From: a virus
DNA: 64,000 nucleotides
Strand: one strand, 5' to 3'
Virus record (IMG/VR): IMGVR_UViG_3300035698_015907
Part shown: in pieces, positions 26,437-36,198 of the stretch
How positions within the stretch are numbered: position 1 is the stretch's first letter
Layout: each line of letters begins with the position of its first letter
Notes under the pieces: generated by a model
The model's database searches: none
Told to the model about the DNA's origin: nothing
Seen by the model: only the letters and a program-made list of their open reading frames with translations
Translations under genes and position numbers: made by a program

Positions 26437-27173
26437 TAGAATTTACCTGTTGGGTATCTAACTAACGGGTCAATACAAGACCAATCAATTATTACATCAG
26501 CTTCAACTTGGAACTGATCATTTTGAGCATCAAGTACTGAATCAAGTGAAGTCTGATCTTCTAATTCAATAGGAACACCTAGTTGTTCTTCAAGAACTGC
26601 TCCTAGACCATCTTCTAACATAAGACCTCTATCATCTATACCTAATGAATAAGTATCATCGAGTGCATCTATTTCTGGGATTCCAGTGTTTATAATCTCG
26701 CCACTATATCTAAATAGTGCAGTTCTTAATTCCCATACATACAATGCGCCAGATTGATAGAATACAGACTCGTGCTCAACAAAGTTTATTTTGAATAGCT
26801 TTTTATTGAATGGGAAGAATATAAGATCTCCTTCTAGAGGCCTAGTCTTATCTATAATATCACCAACTTGGTGCTTCCATGACTGCATTGCAACAACAAG
26901 AGTCAAAGTGTCTCGAATTTCTAGCTGATCTGTTAGAAATTCTCCCATTCCTCCAAAGCCCAAATCCGGATCTTTAACATACATTTCTACAGTGTATGCA
27001 GAATCATACGAAGACTGATCATCTTCCCTGAATATAGGATCTATATCTCCATAAGTTCTAGGCACATAATAAGTGTTAACGCCATTAACTTTAATAGTTT
27101 CTATGGCGAGATCATTTACAAGTTTCTGTTCAGCAGCACTAGCGTGCTGATTGAAATACTGAGATACTGGCAT
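26436..27173 (-). CDS. 14: Neck protein gp14
   Basis: EQ.LV.DL..E.I...G, YY+PR, RP.EGDLI+FP and FVEHE..FYQ.G. Confidence 0.93.
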   Translation of the reverse strand: MPVSQYFNQHASAAEQKLVNDLAIETIKVNGVNTYYVPRTYGDIDPIFREDDQSSYDSAYTVEMYVKDPDLGFGGMGEFLTDQLEIRDTLTLVVAMQSWKHQVGDIIDKTRPLEGDLIFFPFNKKLFKINFVEHESVFYQSGALYVWELRTALFRYSGEIINTGIPEIDALDDTYSLGIDDRGLMLEDGLGAVLEEQLGVPIELEDQTSLDSVLDAQNDQFQVEADVIIDWSCIDPLVRYPTGKF

Positions 27174-27208
27174 TATATTTGAGCCTTAATTTGTATGAAA
27201 TGTCTCAA

Positions 27209-27958
27209 TTAGCCATAGAAATCCATAGGCGGCAGAACATAATGAGTGAATACTTCTTCTTCCATCTTTTTTCTTTCATTCTGAGCGTCTTCTAGAATTC
27301 TTTCACCATTGAATGTAGAACCACCCATAAGTTTTACACCTACAAATTTAGTTAACTGTGTTCCCCATTGTTCTTTAATTAACACAGTTGAATAATTCTG
27401 AAGCCACCTATCTGACCATATATCAGAATAAACATCTTTATCTAGTCTCTTATAGCATTCAAAAAGTAGATATTCACCGACTTGAATTTTTTCCCAGCTC
27501 ATTCTAGGATGTATTCTATTAGAATGTCGGTTGAAATCGATTGGCTGCTTACCAACAAGAATTTCTTGAATAAGAGCTAGATGTTCCATAGTCAAATAGT
27601 ATGGAACCATAGAAACAGAAGTTAGATTATACAAATCATTAAGTGCTATCTGATACCTAATATTGAAAATATCATCAGAACGCATAGAAGGATCACCAAT
27701 AGGAAACACTCTAACGACACCAATGATATTTTCACTATCATCGATCGTAATATATTTGTTATCTTTATCGGTTTGCGTTATTTGATGACGAAAATATATG
27801 TGTTCAGAACCATCAAAATGATAATCATAATAGAACTGAAGAGCTTCATCAATTCTATCTTCTACTTGATCATCATCAACATTGATTTCAATGACTGGCT
27901 TTCCTAGCTTCCTGAGGCAATAATCTTTAAATTCATCTCTCGTTGATGGAATAGCCAT
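27209..27958 (-). CDS. 13: Neck protein gp13
   Basis: LRKLGKPVIEINV...Q+EDRIDEALQ...YHFDG and K.QWG..L.KF. Confidence 0.95.
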   Translation of the reverse strand: MAIPSTRDEFKDYCLRKLGKPVIEINVDDDQVEDRIDEALQFYYDYHFDGSEHIYFRHQITQTDKDNKYITIDDSENIIGVVRVFPIGDPSMRSDDIFNIRYQIALNDLYNLTSVSMVPYYLTMEHLALIQEILVGKQPIDFNRHSNRIHPRMSWEKIQVGEYLLFECYKRLDKDVYSDIWSDRWLQNYSTVLIKEQWGTQLTKFVGVKLMGGSTFNGERILEDAQNERKKMEEEVFTHYVLPPMDFYG

Positions 27959-27982
27959 CGCGATCCTCCTATTACTACTAAG

Positions 27983-27990
27983 TATTTATC
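27983..27990 (-). promoter_or_regulatory. Late promoter for gene 13
   Basis: GATAAATA, then AGGAGG. Confidence 0.7.
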
Positions 27991-29656
27991 AGTCTTGAGA
28001 AATGATCAAATCTGTAGATTGAATTTTCCTATATCCACGAAGTTTTAAACGACTAGGATAACTATATGAATTACTATTTAGTACATTAGAAGAATATCCT
28101 GATGCAATAACAAGAGTTGGATAATTATGATTTGGAACTTTTAGATTATTCGTTACATAATTGTATCTAATTGTTATATCATTGAATGCAGGGCGCCATG
28201 ATAGATCGCCAACTATTACTGATGTATCATCGGCTTCTGTATAATTAGAAGATCCAGTCCAATAAACACTAGCTATAGAAGTTAATGTATCAGCATCTTC
28301 AGAATATTCAATAGAACCATTTCTAAGAATCGTAGCAAAAGAATATATTGTATCATCAGATTCTGTTATAGCTATAAATGCTTGAACTAATAGCTGGCCA
28401 TCAGAAGATATACTATCATCTTCTTCAGATACTGATGTTATTGCTGATACAATTAGATTAGCGCTAGAATTTAATGTATCATCTTCTTCAGATATATTAA
28501 CATTACCATTTATGATAATTGCTGCGCCAGATATAGCAGTATCATCAGCTTCGGTATATGTTATTGAAGCTTTTATTAATAGTTCAGAAGATGAATTTAG
28601 AGTATCATTAGCTTCAGTATATTCTACAGAAGCATTAGTAGTATTGATAGCAGAAGCTGAAGCAGTATCATCTGCTTCAGTATATTCAACTGTACCATTT
28701 GTAATATTAATAGCTGAAGCTGAAGTGGTATCAGCAGCTTCTGTATAAGTTACTGATCCTTTGATTAATAGTTCTGAATCAGAGCTAAGAGTGTCGCTAG
28801 CTTCTGTATAAGTTACTGTTCCCTGAAGCAACACTATTGCAACAAAAGAAACTGTATCATCAGCTTCAGTATATTCTATGGAAGCATTAGTAATATTGAT
28901 AGCAGAAGCTGAAGCAGTGTCACTAGCTTCTGTATAAGAAGTTGTAGCTTCTATTAATAGATCTGAAACTGATGTAAGAGTATCAGCAGCTTCTGTATAA
29001 GAAGTTGTAGCTTCTATTAATAGATCTGATGATGAGGTAAGAGTATCAGCAGCTTCTGTATAAGAAACTGTAGCATTAATTAAAAGATCTGATGAAGAAG
29101 TAAGAGTATCATTTGCTTCTGTGTATTCAACAACAGCATTAATTAATAGCGCTGCAGTGGATGATATAGTATCATCAGCTTCAGTATATTCTATGGAAGC
29201 ATTAGTAATATTGATAGCAGAAGCTGAAGCTGAAGCAGTGTCACTAGCTTCTGTATAAGAAGTTGTAGCTTCTATTAATAGATCTGAAACTGATGTAAGA
29301 GTATCAGCAGCTTCTGTGTATTCAACAACAGCATTAATTAATAGCGCTGCAGTGGATGATATAGTATCATCAGCTTCAGTATAAGAAGTTGTAGCTTCTA
29401 TTAATAGATCTGATGAAGATGATATAGTATCATCAGCTTCAGTATAAGAAGTTGTAGCTTCTATTAATAGATCTGATGAAGATGATAATGTGTCGGCAGC
29501 TTCTGTATAAGAAACTGTAGCTTCTATTAATAGATCTGATGAAGATGATAATGTGTCGGCAGCTTCTGTATAAGAAACTGTAGCTTCTATAGGGGGAAGA
29601 GCACTTTCCTCTACAGAACCATATGGTATAGAACCGTATGGAAAGCCACCGAACAT
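27989..29656 (-). CDS. Acidic 21-aa repeat protein, putative neck or head fibre
   Basis: About 20 copies of a LLIEATxSYTEAADTLSSSSD-type unit; sits directly upstream of gene 13, where T4 has wac. Confidence 0.6.
   Translation of the reverse strand: MFGGFPYGSIPYGSVEESALPPIEATVSYTEAADTLSSSSDLLIEATVSYTEAADTLSSSSDLLIEATTSYTEADDTISSSSDLLIEATTSYTEADDTISSTAALLINAVVEYTEAADTLTSVSDLLIEATTSYTEASDTASASASAINITNASIEYTEADDTISSTAALLINAVVEYTEANDTLTSSSDLLINATVSYTEAADTLTSSSDLLIEATTSYTEAADTLTSVSDLLIEATTSYTEASDTASASAINITNASIEYTEADDTVSFVAIVLLQGTVTYTEASDTLSSDSELLIKGSVTYTEAADTTSASAINITNGTVEYTEADDTASASAINTTNASVEYTEANDTLNSSSELLIKASITYTEADDTAISGAAIIINGNVNISEEDDTLNSSANLIVSAITSVSEEDDSISSDGQLLVQAFIAITESDDTIYSFATILRNGSIEYSEDADTLTSIASVYWTGSSNYTEADDTSVIVGDLSWRPAFNDITIRYNYVTNNLKVPNHNYPTLVIASGYSSNVLNSNSYSYPSRLKLRGYRKIQSTDLIISQD
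28230..29592 (-). repeat. Coding tandem repeat with a period near 63 nt
   Basis: Exact 63-nt duplications near 29380-29590, degenerating toward the gene's 3' end. Confidence 0.92.
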
Positions 29657-29697
29657 TTATTAAATCCCTCCTATATATCTACTATTTAGGAAGGTTG

Positions 29698-30984
29698 CTA
29701 TCTCCAACTAAAGACTGCGATAGCTTCTCCGCCACGACTTCCAGACGTGTTTGCCGCTGCGAAAGTGAATGTCTCATCCACATCTGTATCAACGTATGCG
29801 CCAGTCATAGTAGTGTTGTTTTCGGCGGTTTTGGTGTTGTAAGATTCCCTTAATGGTAGTTCCCATACGAGAGTGCAAGGATCGTCGGTCTGCGCTGCAG
29901 CGATTGCGAATCCGTAAGCAGGAACCTCCAGCGTCACTCCGGCAGGGACATTTGAGCCCGTATTTGACCCAACATGATCAGGACTCTCCAGGTTCACAGC
30001 ACGATACACACCGTAAGCCATTCTATTCAATGTGTCAGAGTAATTGAACACTATGTTAGCGGTAGCTCCCATGGACGATGAATCAATGATGGCATACCCG
30101 ATAGCATCTGAAGAATTGTAGAACAGGTTAGCACTCACCCCATCAACAGTGATTGAGTTGATTGAAGAAGCTCCTTCAGCACTACAGGTGATAATCGTGT
30201 ATCTGTTATTTGCAGTTCGGCCTACATCAATGTTGTTGTGTGTATATGAAGCCCCTGCTCCTACATCCTCACCACCGTACACATACTCTACTTGTGCAGC
30301 AGGACTAAAAGTAGAATCGTTTTTTGCCAGATGCAATCCACCTAGGATGTCATAACCTGAAGTAGCTCCATCACCTGTTACAGTCACTAAGTCAGAATTT
30401 GACGAGTATACATAGGCAGCAGATCCGCCATCACCACCAGTTTCTTCATCCCATACTTCTGTAGCATTGGTCCAGTTAACGACACCACCATCACCGGTGA
30501 ACGTCTGGAACACTATGTAGCTTAGATCTTCTTGCTGTAGAGTTAGAGAAGGACCTTCCTCACCCGCCATCCTACCATAAGATGCATCCCAATTGATGTC
30601 GATGCATCTCCAAGTACTGATTGTAATACCACCAACAACCCCACCGAAACTAACATGCACATTAGCTTCTGTGCCAGTTGGAACAGTAGTCTTAAAGAAG
30701 CCTATTGCTCTATCAAGCGGTCCAGTTGACATACGAGACATGCGATACACTGGTGTAGTTTCGACTGAATCTACACTGACAGTGGGGTCGTAATGAACAT
30801 TAAAGTTGAACCATGATACCCCAACTAGAATATCTCTGTCAATATTCGCTGTCCCAGTATTAGCATCAAACTGGAAAGTATTAGCGTCTACTGCGGTCAC
30901 ATAACCATCGGTAAATTCTACTGAATAGTTGAGCCCTAGCAAATTCGCGAGTAAAGCTAATGAAACTCCGTAACCAGGTATCAT
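29698..30984 (-). CDS. Putative receptor-binding/adhesin protein with two similar beta-sandwich halves
   Basis: In the fibre cluster; halves share features (NIDRDILVGV / NNRYTIITC, SVDSVET / TVDGVSA, ANVHVSF / ANIVFNY, WTNATE / WELPLRE). Confidence 0.5.
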   Translation of the reverse strand: MIPGYGVSLALLANLLGLNYSVEFTDGYVTAVDANTFQFDANTGTANIDRDILVGVSWFNFNVHYDPTVSVDSVETTPVYRMSRMSTGPLDRAIGFFKTTVPTGTEANVHVSFGGVVGGITISTWRCIDINWDASYGRMAGEEGPSLTLQQEDLSYIVFQTFTGDGGVVNWTNATEVWDEETGGDGGSAAYVYSSNSDLVTVTGDGATSGYDILGGLHLAKNDSTFSPAAQVEYVYGGEDVGAGASYTHNNIDVGRTANNRYTIITCSAEGASSINSITVDGVSANLFYNSSDAIGYAIIDSSSMGATANIVFNYSDTLNRMAYGVYRAVNLESPDHVGSNTGSNVPAGVTLEVPAYGFAIAAAQTDDPCTLVWELPLRESYNTKTAENNTTMTGAYVDTDVDETFTFAAANTSGSRGGEAIAVFSWR

Positions 30985-30985
30985 A

Positions 30986-31336
30986 TCAGTCGACTCTTAA
31001 CCTAATGCCTAGGAACATGAATTTCGTCCCATCGCATAAGAATGACAGAAGATCTGCTTGGGCAGCACCTGTAGATAGAACAGGAGTACCAAAGTCACCA
31101 AAGTCGTAATTGGCGTGCCACGTAGGAATTTTTGATCCTCCAGTACCTTGAATGATTTTTACTGTCCAGTTCCATCCTTCTCTCATATTAGAAGGATTTC
31201 CGAATACTCTGTTGCTAGTAAGAGTTACCTTAGCATTCACCCCAGCTTCGTGGTTAACTGCAACAGTTGCAGCATCCGTAAGAGTAACGAATGTGGGATT
31301 TACTAGAAGTCTTAAGTCCAGTGTTTTTAGGGCCAT
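30986..31336 (-). CDS. Stand-alone fibre adaptor domain, paralog of the C-terminus of 36199-37905
   Basis: TLTDAATV...TL.SNR...NP...IIQ...GS is shared with the fibre; likely start is MALKTL. Confidence 0.7.
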   Translation of the reverse strand: MALKTLDLRLLVNPTFVTLTDAATVAVNHEAGVNAKVTLTSNRVFGNPSNMREGWNWTVKIIQGTGGSKIPTWHANYDFGDFGTPVLSTGAAQADLLSFLCDGTKFMFLGIRLRVD

Positions 31337-31347
31337 TAGTTTCTTCT

Positions 31348-31839
31348 CTACTCTGGTAATGCTAGTGCTTGTGTCCATAGAGAATTGATTGTATCTTCAT
31401 CAATTCCTAAAGCTGTTAATAAATCTTCATTAGTAAATAATGCATCTGATCTAGTATACGATCCACCTGGTGGATTATTCAGTTTCGCTTTGGCAATAGC
31501 TTTAAATACTGGGTCTATATGCGCATCAATAGTTGCTCTTAAATTTGCTTCTCCGACACTTCCTGGCATTTCAATGATTGCCCAAAATCTCCAAGGTTCA
31601 AGAGGAGCATAAATATCATCTAATTGTAAAATATCATCTACTAGTACGATAGGATCTGGATCAACTAATTGTTCTTCTCCTTCGATCTCAGTGAGTTGCC
31701 AACCAACAGCTGCAGTATTGTGCTGCATAACTAAATCATGATCTTGAGGAAACACATAATCTGGTGATTGCTCAGCATCCCACAGGATACTAGCGATAAC
31801 AACATTATTTTTTATAATAGCGTATTTTTGTGCGCTCAT
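31348..31839 (-). CDS. Putative tail fibre assembly chaperone
   Basis: YAII.N..V...I.W N-terminus and R...L....ALG.....+..LW..A..L C-terminus, typical of fibre-associated small proteins. Confidence 0.5.
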   Translation of the reverse strand: MSAQKYAIIKNNVVIASILWDAEQSPDYVFPQDHDLVMQHNTAAVGWQLTEIEGEEQLVDPDPIVLVDDILQLDDIYAPLEPWRFWAIIEMPGSVGEANLRATIDAHIDPVFKAIAKAKLNNPPGGSYTRSDALFTNEDLLTALGIDEDTINSLWTQALALPE

Positions 31840-32531
31840 TTGTAAATCTTCTGTCTCCAGAACACCTTGCGATATGCGCCATGAATGAAATGATCAAACA
31901 GAGATTTCTTTTTCTCTTCAAGAACGATATCACTAGACCAAGTTTCTCTCTTAAATGGGAATACACACATCAATGTATTCCCCGGCATAATTTCTACTTC
32001 TCTGTTTTTTGTGATATAACCAGGAAAATTAATTGGCTTATCATAAGTATCCGTATCAACTATAGCAGGCATTAGTCTGAAACTAGGGTCTAAGTTTTCA
32101 TAGAAAGGTTGATAGAACAAGCAAGAATATCCCTTTGGGGTAGTGATAGTCCATGGACTATTGAATTTGAAGTATGTCTTCTTTTCGCCTTCTATATGAA
32201 CAGGGCACTGTTTATGCGAATGCGTTCCTACCATAGTGGTATCGCTAGTCATATAAGAGATACCAGATTCTTTTTCTGTGTTGTTATTTTTGATCTTCAT
32301 GTGAATAGTGCTTTTGATCATATATCCAGATGTTAGATAATCTAATACTGGCACACACGCTTTTATGGTCTTATGGACACCGCTGTTTTCGATCATCGTG
32401 TCCAAAGAATCTTTACCTTCGTTCATATATGTTTCCAAATTTTTATACCAATCGGGAATTGATTTCTTAGCAGGAATTATTCTAAAATGATCTAAAACTA
32501 CTTTATTATCCGTGCTGAATTTTATTTTCAC
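31836..32531 (-). CDS. DUF6065-like conserved protein
   Basis: PA...IPDWYK, T+K.C.P..D.+T.GY, KF.SPW.I.TP.GYS.LF, P..VDTD, INFP and PF+RE.W. Confidence 0.6.
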   Translation of the reverse strand: MKIKFSTDNKVVLDHFRIIPAKKSIPDWYKNLETYMNEGKDSLDTMIENSGVHKTIKACVPVLDYLTSGYMIKSTIHMKIKNNNTEKESGISYMTSDTTMVGTHSHKQCPVHIEGEKKTYFKFNSPWTITTPKGYSCLFYQPFYENLDPSFRLMPAIVDTDTYDKPINFPGYITKNREVEIMPGNTLMCVFPFKRETWSSDIVLEEKKKSLFDHFIHGAYRKVFWRQKIYK

Positions 32532-32543
32532 AAATATTCTCCA

Positions 32544-33965
32544 TTAAATGTATTCTTTTATAATTACTATACTTGGACCACCTAATTGTTTACCATTGCT
32601 ATTGTTATTGCTACTTCCAGAATTCCCACCCCTGCCACCTTGAGAATATCCTGCAGGAAAATTGTTGCCAGCAATGTTTCCAATAAGTACAGGAGGAATG
32701 TCGCCGATAGCTTGTATCCCAGTTAGGCTATTATTAGTACCTCGTTGTTTTTCGTCAGACGCGTTGCCGTTGGAAATAGAAGATTGTCCAAGATTCGTTG
32801 AGCCGTTGCCTCCGTTAGAATAATTGGTATTATTATTTTCACGACCAGGGTTAGCTGTAATCAAGGAACCTACAGTAGTTGCTGTTCCAGCATTATTATT
32901 AGAATTTCCTTGTGATCCTATAGTAACGCTGATTCCAGCATTTCCAACTTCCGCTTTAGTTCCGGTTGCATGCACTATAGCACCAGCAGATCCCCCATCA
33001 CCAGGAGGATCACCATTATTGCTGCCGCCATTACCATCTGCACCGGCAGCAGCTACGATAAATTCTGTGAATATAGTGTTAGCATTTGGTGTAAAAGTGC
33101 CAGATGATGTAAATGAAGTAATTTTAATGCTGGTAGCTCCACCAGAAGAATCAGTCCAGGCAGGAATTCCAGACGACAACGAAAGAATCTGATCATCAGT
33201 TCCTTTAGCTAATCTAGCTAATGTGTTAGTTCCGGATGCGTAGATAATATCTCCAGCCACCAATGACACGCTTGCAAGACTTTTGAAATATGTATTCAGA
33301 GCAGTTTTGACGTTAGCCCACGATCTTTTGATCAGAGACCCGTCTGAATTTTTTCTTGCAGTTAATAGATCTGCATCAGCAAAAGCAGTATCAGAAACAC
33401 TATTAATTGCAGATGCTATACCATTAGCAGAAACTGGCATCACACCATTGTACACATGGCTCCAGCCTATCCATTCAATTTCTAGACCAGAATCCACATT
33501 AAAACCGAATGTTAACGTAGTTCCTGAAACTGTATAATCATCTTGGAGAACGCCGCCAACATAAACAATTAAATGATCAGCATCTATAGGAGTAAAATTG
33601 AGAGTGTAATCATCGCCATCATCGCCAGTGTCAGTTCCTCTACCGAAAGTAACATCAGTATTAAAATCAACAACAGATGGGATTATGGAAACAATAGTGC
33701 CAGAACCAGAAAGGTTTATTGCAGCATCAGAATTTGTGGATTCTTCTATAGTGGTACGAGCAAGAGTGGTGCCAGAAGTAGCATAGGTTCCTTCACCTAT
33801 CTCCCAATTAGTACCATCTTCAATGAGGTATCTAACTGTGTCTCCATCAGCTACGCCACCACTAGCGAATGTTTGATAACTAGTCTCAGCAGAACCTAGT
33901 GTAAGAGTTCCTGTTCCGCTGGTGGCGGTTGCAACTCTTACACGATTTGCTCTAGTGAATGCCAT
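32544..33965 (-). CDS. Tail fibre protein with C-terminal glycine-rich domain
   Basis: NRVR....T.GTGT+TLG N-terminus, GD++YA.....LARL.KG motif, FTSSGTFTP and GG.GG tracts. Confidence 0.7.
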   Translation of the reverse strand: MAFTRANRVRVATATSGTGTLTLGSAETSYQTFASGGVADGDTVRYLIEDGTNWEIGEGTYATSGTTLARTTIEESTNSDAAINLSGSGTIVSIIPSVVDFNTDVTFGRGTDTGDDGDDYTLNFTPIDADHLIVYVGGVLQDDYTVSGTTLTFGFNVDSGLEIEWIGWSHVYNGVMPVSANGIASAINSVSDTAFADADLLTARKNSDGSLIKRSWANVKTALNTYFKSLASVSLVAGDIIYASGTNTLARLAKGTDDQILSLSSGIPAWTDSSGGATSIKITSFTSSGTFTPNANTIFTEFIVAAAGADGNGGSNNGDPPGDGGSAGAIVHATGTKAEVGNAGISVTIGSQGNSNNNAGTATTVGSLITANPGRENNNTNYSNGGNGSTNLGQSSISNGNASDEKQRGTNNSLTGIQAIGDIPPVLIGNIAGNNFPAGYSQGGRGGNSGSSNNNSNGKQLGGPSIVIIKEYI

Positions 33966-33983
33966 ATGACATTAGCCTATATT

Positions 33984-34382
33984 TTACGCATTGCCCGCGG
34001 TAACAGTAAATGTCGTAACTGTGAAAGTCTGACCTGCAGTGAACGATACCGAATCAACAACCATGTCGGTACTAGATGTTCCAACTGTTCCTTGGATATG
34101 GCAATTACCGCCTGAATCATGAACTCTGAAATGAGCAGCTGTTCCAGTCGCATCGGCTGAAGTATCAGACCAAGTTCCTGATTTTGCTTTTGAACCGCTT
34201 GATGCAGCAGCTAACCAATCTGATGGAAGTGAAACAGTAGATAATACTGTTCCTGCATTTGCTACTGCGCAGTTAGCTGGCACAGAGCCAGAACGAATTG
34301 TTAGAACTGGAGAAGTACTTATTTCAGACTCGACTGCATCGAGCTTTGCATTCCTCACATCAGTTGAGTACTGTATGGTCAT
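33984..34382 (-). CDS. Conserved phage virion-associated protein
   Basis: YST.VRNA.LDA+E, LPSDW.AAAS.G.K and DATGTAAHFR; a recurrent phage structural family of unknown function. Confidence 0.6.
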   Translation of the reverse strand: MTIQYSTDVRNAKLDAVESEISTSPVLTIRSGSVPANCAVANAGTVLSTVSLPSDWLAAASSGSKAKSGTWSDTSADATGTAAHFRVHDSGGNCHIQGTVGTSSTDMVVDSVSFTAGQTFTVTTFTVTAGNA

Positions 34383-34392
34383 TTATTTCTCC

Positions 34393-34716
34393 TTATCTAG
34401 TCACTGCAGGAACAACATCTATGGTTCCTTGGACTACTTTAAAAACTTCGTTTGAAGAGCTCGTCACTTTAACATCATATACGTATTTACCAGATTCAAT
34501 AATAGCAGTTTGTGCGGCTGGCATTGTTATTGTTACAGTACCATTTGCGGTAACTGCAGTGAATGTATAAGCAACATTAGATGTATGGTTTTCTCTCATA
34601 TGAGAGTTTGATGTAAAACTTGTAAGATCTAATGAATTACCATTCGCAGCTTGCACCGTAAATTCTACTGAAAAATCGGAACCTTGGTCCATGTTGATAT
34701 TTATAGAGGTTGCCAC
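34393..34716 (-). CDS. Small Ig-like virion protein (BppU N-terminal-like)
   Basis: N+.+DQG.DF, LDLT.+T, G.YVYDV and +V.G...V.P.VTR. Confidence 0.7.
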   Translation of the reverse strand: MATSININMDQGSDFSVEFTVQAANGNSLDLTSFTSNSHMRENHTSNVAYTFTAVTANGTVTITMPAAQTAIIESGKYVYDVKVTSSSNEVFKVVQGTIDVVPAVTR

Positions 34717-34742
34717 TATTATCTCCTAGGTGCATAACATAC

Positions 34743-35018
34743 CTATTTATCGTCATTGGTATTTTTGATTGTGCGATTTTTAAACCAGATTCCACCAAAT
34801 AAAGTAACACCTACAAACATTATGAATGACATTACCGGTCTGCCTGTTTCAGCAACACACATCGCAAGATCGAAATTTGATGAAAAAAAATCTTGGCCTT
34901 CATACCAAGCTATATCGTGAGCATCACAACAGTGTTTCCAAATACCATCGAACCACATAGTGCAACCATCTAATATAGGTTCATCTACTTGTGCTAATAA
35001 TTCTTTTACATTAGGCAT
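34743..35018 (-). CDS. Small phospholipase A2-like protein
   Basis: DGCT...CCDAHD.AW resembles the PLA2 CCxxHD catalytic motif; hydrophobic M+.GV.LFG helix. Confidence 0.5.
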   Translation of the reverse strand: MPNVKELLAQVDEPILDGCTMWFDGIWKHCCDAHDIAWYEGQDFFSSNFDLAMCVAETGRPVMSFIMFVGVTLFGGIWFKNRTIKNTNDDK

Positions 35019-35511
35019 CGTAATCTTTTGCGGTCATCCACATTGTTACTGCATCATTTGCAGATATTCCACTTAATGTTAAAAGTGCTCCTGTCATTGG
35101 ATGTTCCCATTCTATTTGATCTGAAAATTCCCACCACACTTGTGCTTCATCTCGCTCAGTAGAATCTGGTATAGCATCTATAATATTCTGAATAAAACTA
35201 AGTGTATATCCATTTCTTATAAGACCAAGTCTAAGCTGTCTTGATGTTAGAGGGAAATTTGCTGGAATTTCTTCTGACAAATCACGATACGTATATGAGT
35301 ATTGAACATTATTAGATATACGAGCAACAGAAGTTGTATTAACAATTCTTCCATCAGCTACACCCGGATCTACGGGGATATACAAATCTAGCGCTGCCAA
35401 ATTTGTATTTGACCACAAGCTTTCAATATTTTTAGGATAACGAATTCCATCAATAGGCTCGCCATTCCATATTGCGAATGTGTTGTTAGATACTTCTTTA
35501 TATAATGTCAT
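35011..35511 (-). CDS. Putative tail fibre assembly protein
   Basis: YP.N...LWS...L, +T.RQLRL.L and A.+WWE motifs; follows the fibre/adhesin genes. Confidence 0.5.
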   Translation of the reverse strand: MTLYKEVSNNTFAIWNGEPIDGIRYPKNIESLWSNTNLAALDLYIPVDPGVADGRIVNTTSVARISNNVQYSYTYRDLSEEIPANFPLTSRQLRLGLIRNGYTLSFIQNIIDAIPDSTERDEAQVWWEFSDQIEWEHPMTGALLTLSGISANDAVTMWMTAKDYDA

Positions 35512-35512
35512 T

Positions 35513-36196
35513 TTACTGTCCTATCACAGCTGCAGCTGAAGAATATGTGTGATTGTTTTTATTTAATGATACAGAACCTGGATCTTCTGATGTTGATACA
35601 AATTGTTTATAAAATACTGCTAATGAAGCATTACGTGATGAAGTTATTGATATTTTTGTATATCCCGATGGTGTTCCAAAAGAAATATCATCTTCATGAC
35701 AACTTACTGACACTATACTTAATGATCCATAAGAATCACCCCACGTTGGTGAATATGACGCTTGATTGACAGATGATACTTTTTGGTGATTCGTATTATT
35801 ATATAATGTTGGAATTCCGTCGCTAGAACCTGATATTCTAAGAGCAATTATCGACCAGTCAGTATTGATATTACTGTTTATATTTACAGATGAAGCAAAT
35901 CCTTCTTCTAAAACAAGATAAAAACATCTATGTGCATGAAGTTCATCAGAATGTGAATTATCAGTCATATAAAATAATGAATTCCATCCAGCTTCACTAG
36001 ATATTGACACAGCGCCGTTGCCAGTTGCAATACAAACATAGATTATAATAAGATCACCAGCAACCGCGCCAGATGGCATATCTATTGAATCATTATTAGC
36101 ATTACTTCTATTAGAAGTACTATATGATTCGACTGTAGGAGAATCACCAGCTTCTTTTTTAAATAGACCTGATATTCCTGTTAATCCTGGAAGCAT
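35513..36196 (-). CDS. Putative adhesin/receptor-binding protein
   Basis: MPSG..AGDL+I, GW and PSGYT beta-sandwich features; directly after a fibre gene. Confidence 0.5.
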   Translation of the reverse strand: MLPGLTGISGLFKKEAGDSPTVESYSTSNRSNANNDSIDMPSGAVAGDLIIIYVCIATGNGAVSISSEAGWNSLFYMTDNSHSDELHAHRCFYLVLEEGFASSVNINSNINTDWSIIALRISGSSDGIPTLYNNTNHQKVSSVNQASYSPTWGDSYGSLSIVSVSCHEDDISFGTPSGYTKISITSSRNASLAVFYKQFVSTSEDPGSVSLNKNNHTYSSAAAVIGQ

Positions 36197-36198
36197 AA

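Noticed and set aside
28230-29592. CRISPR-like array
   Set aside because: The repeats are contiguous, in frame, multiples of three and lack unique spacers; this is a coding repeat.
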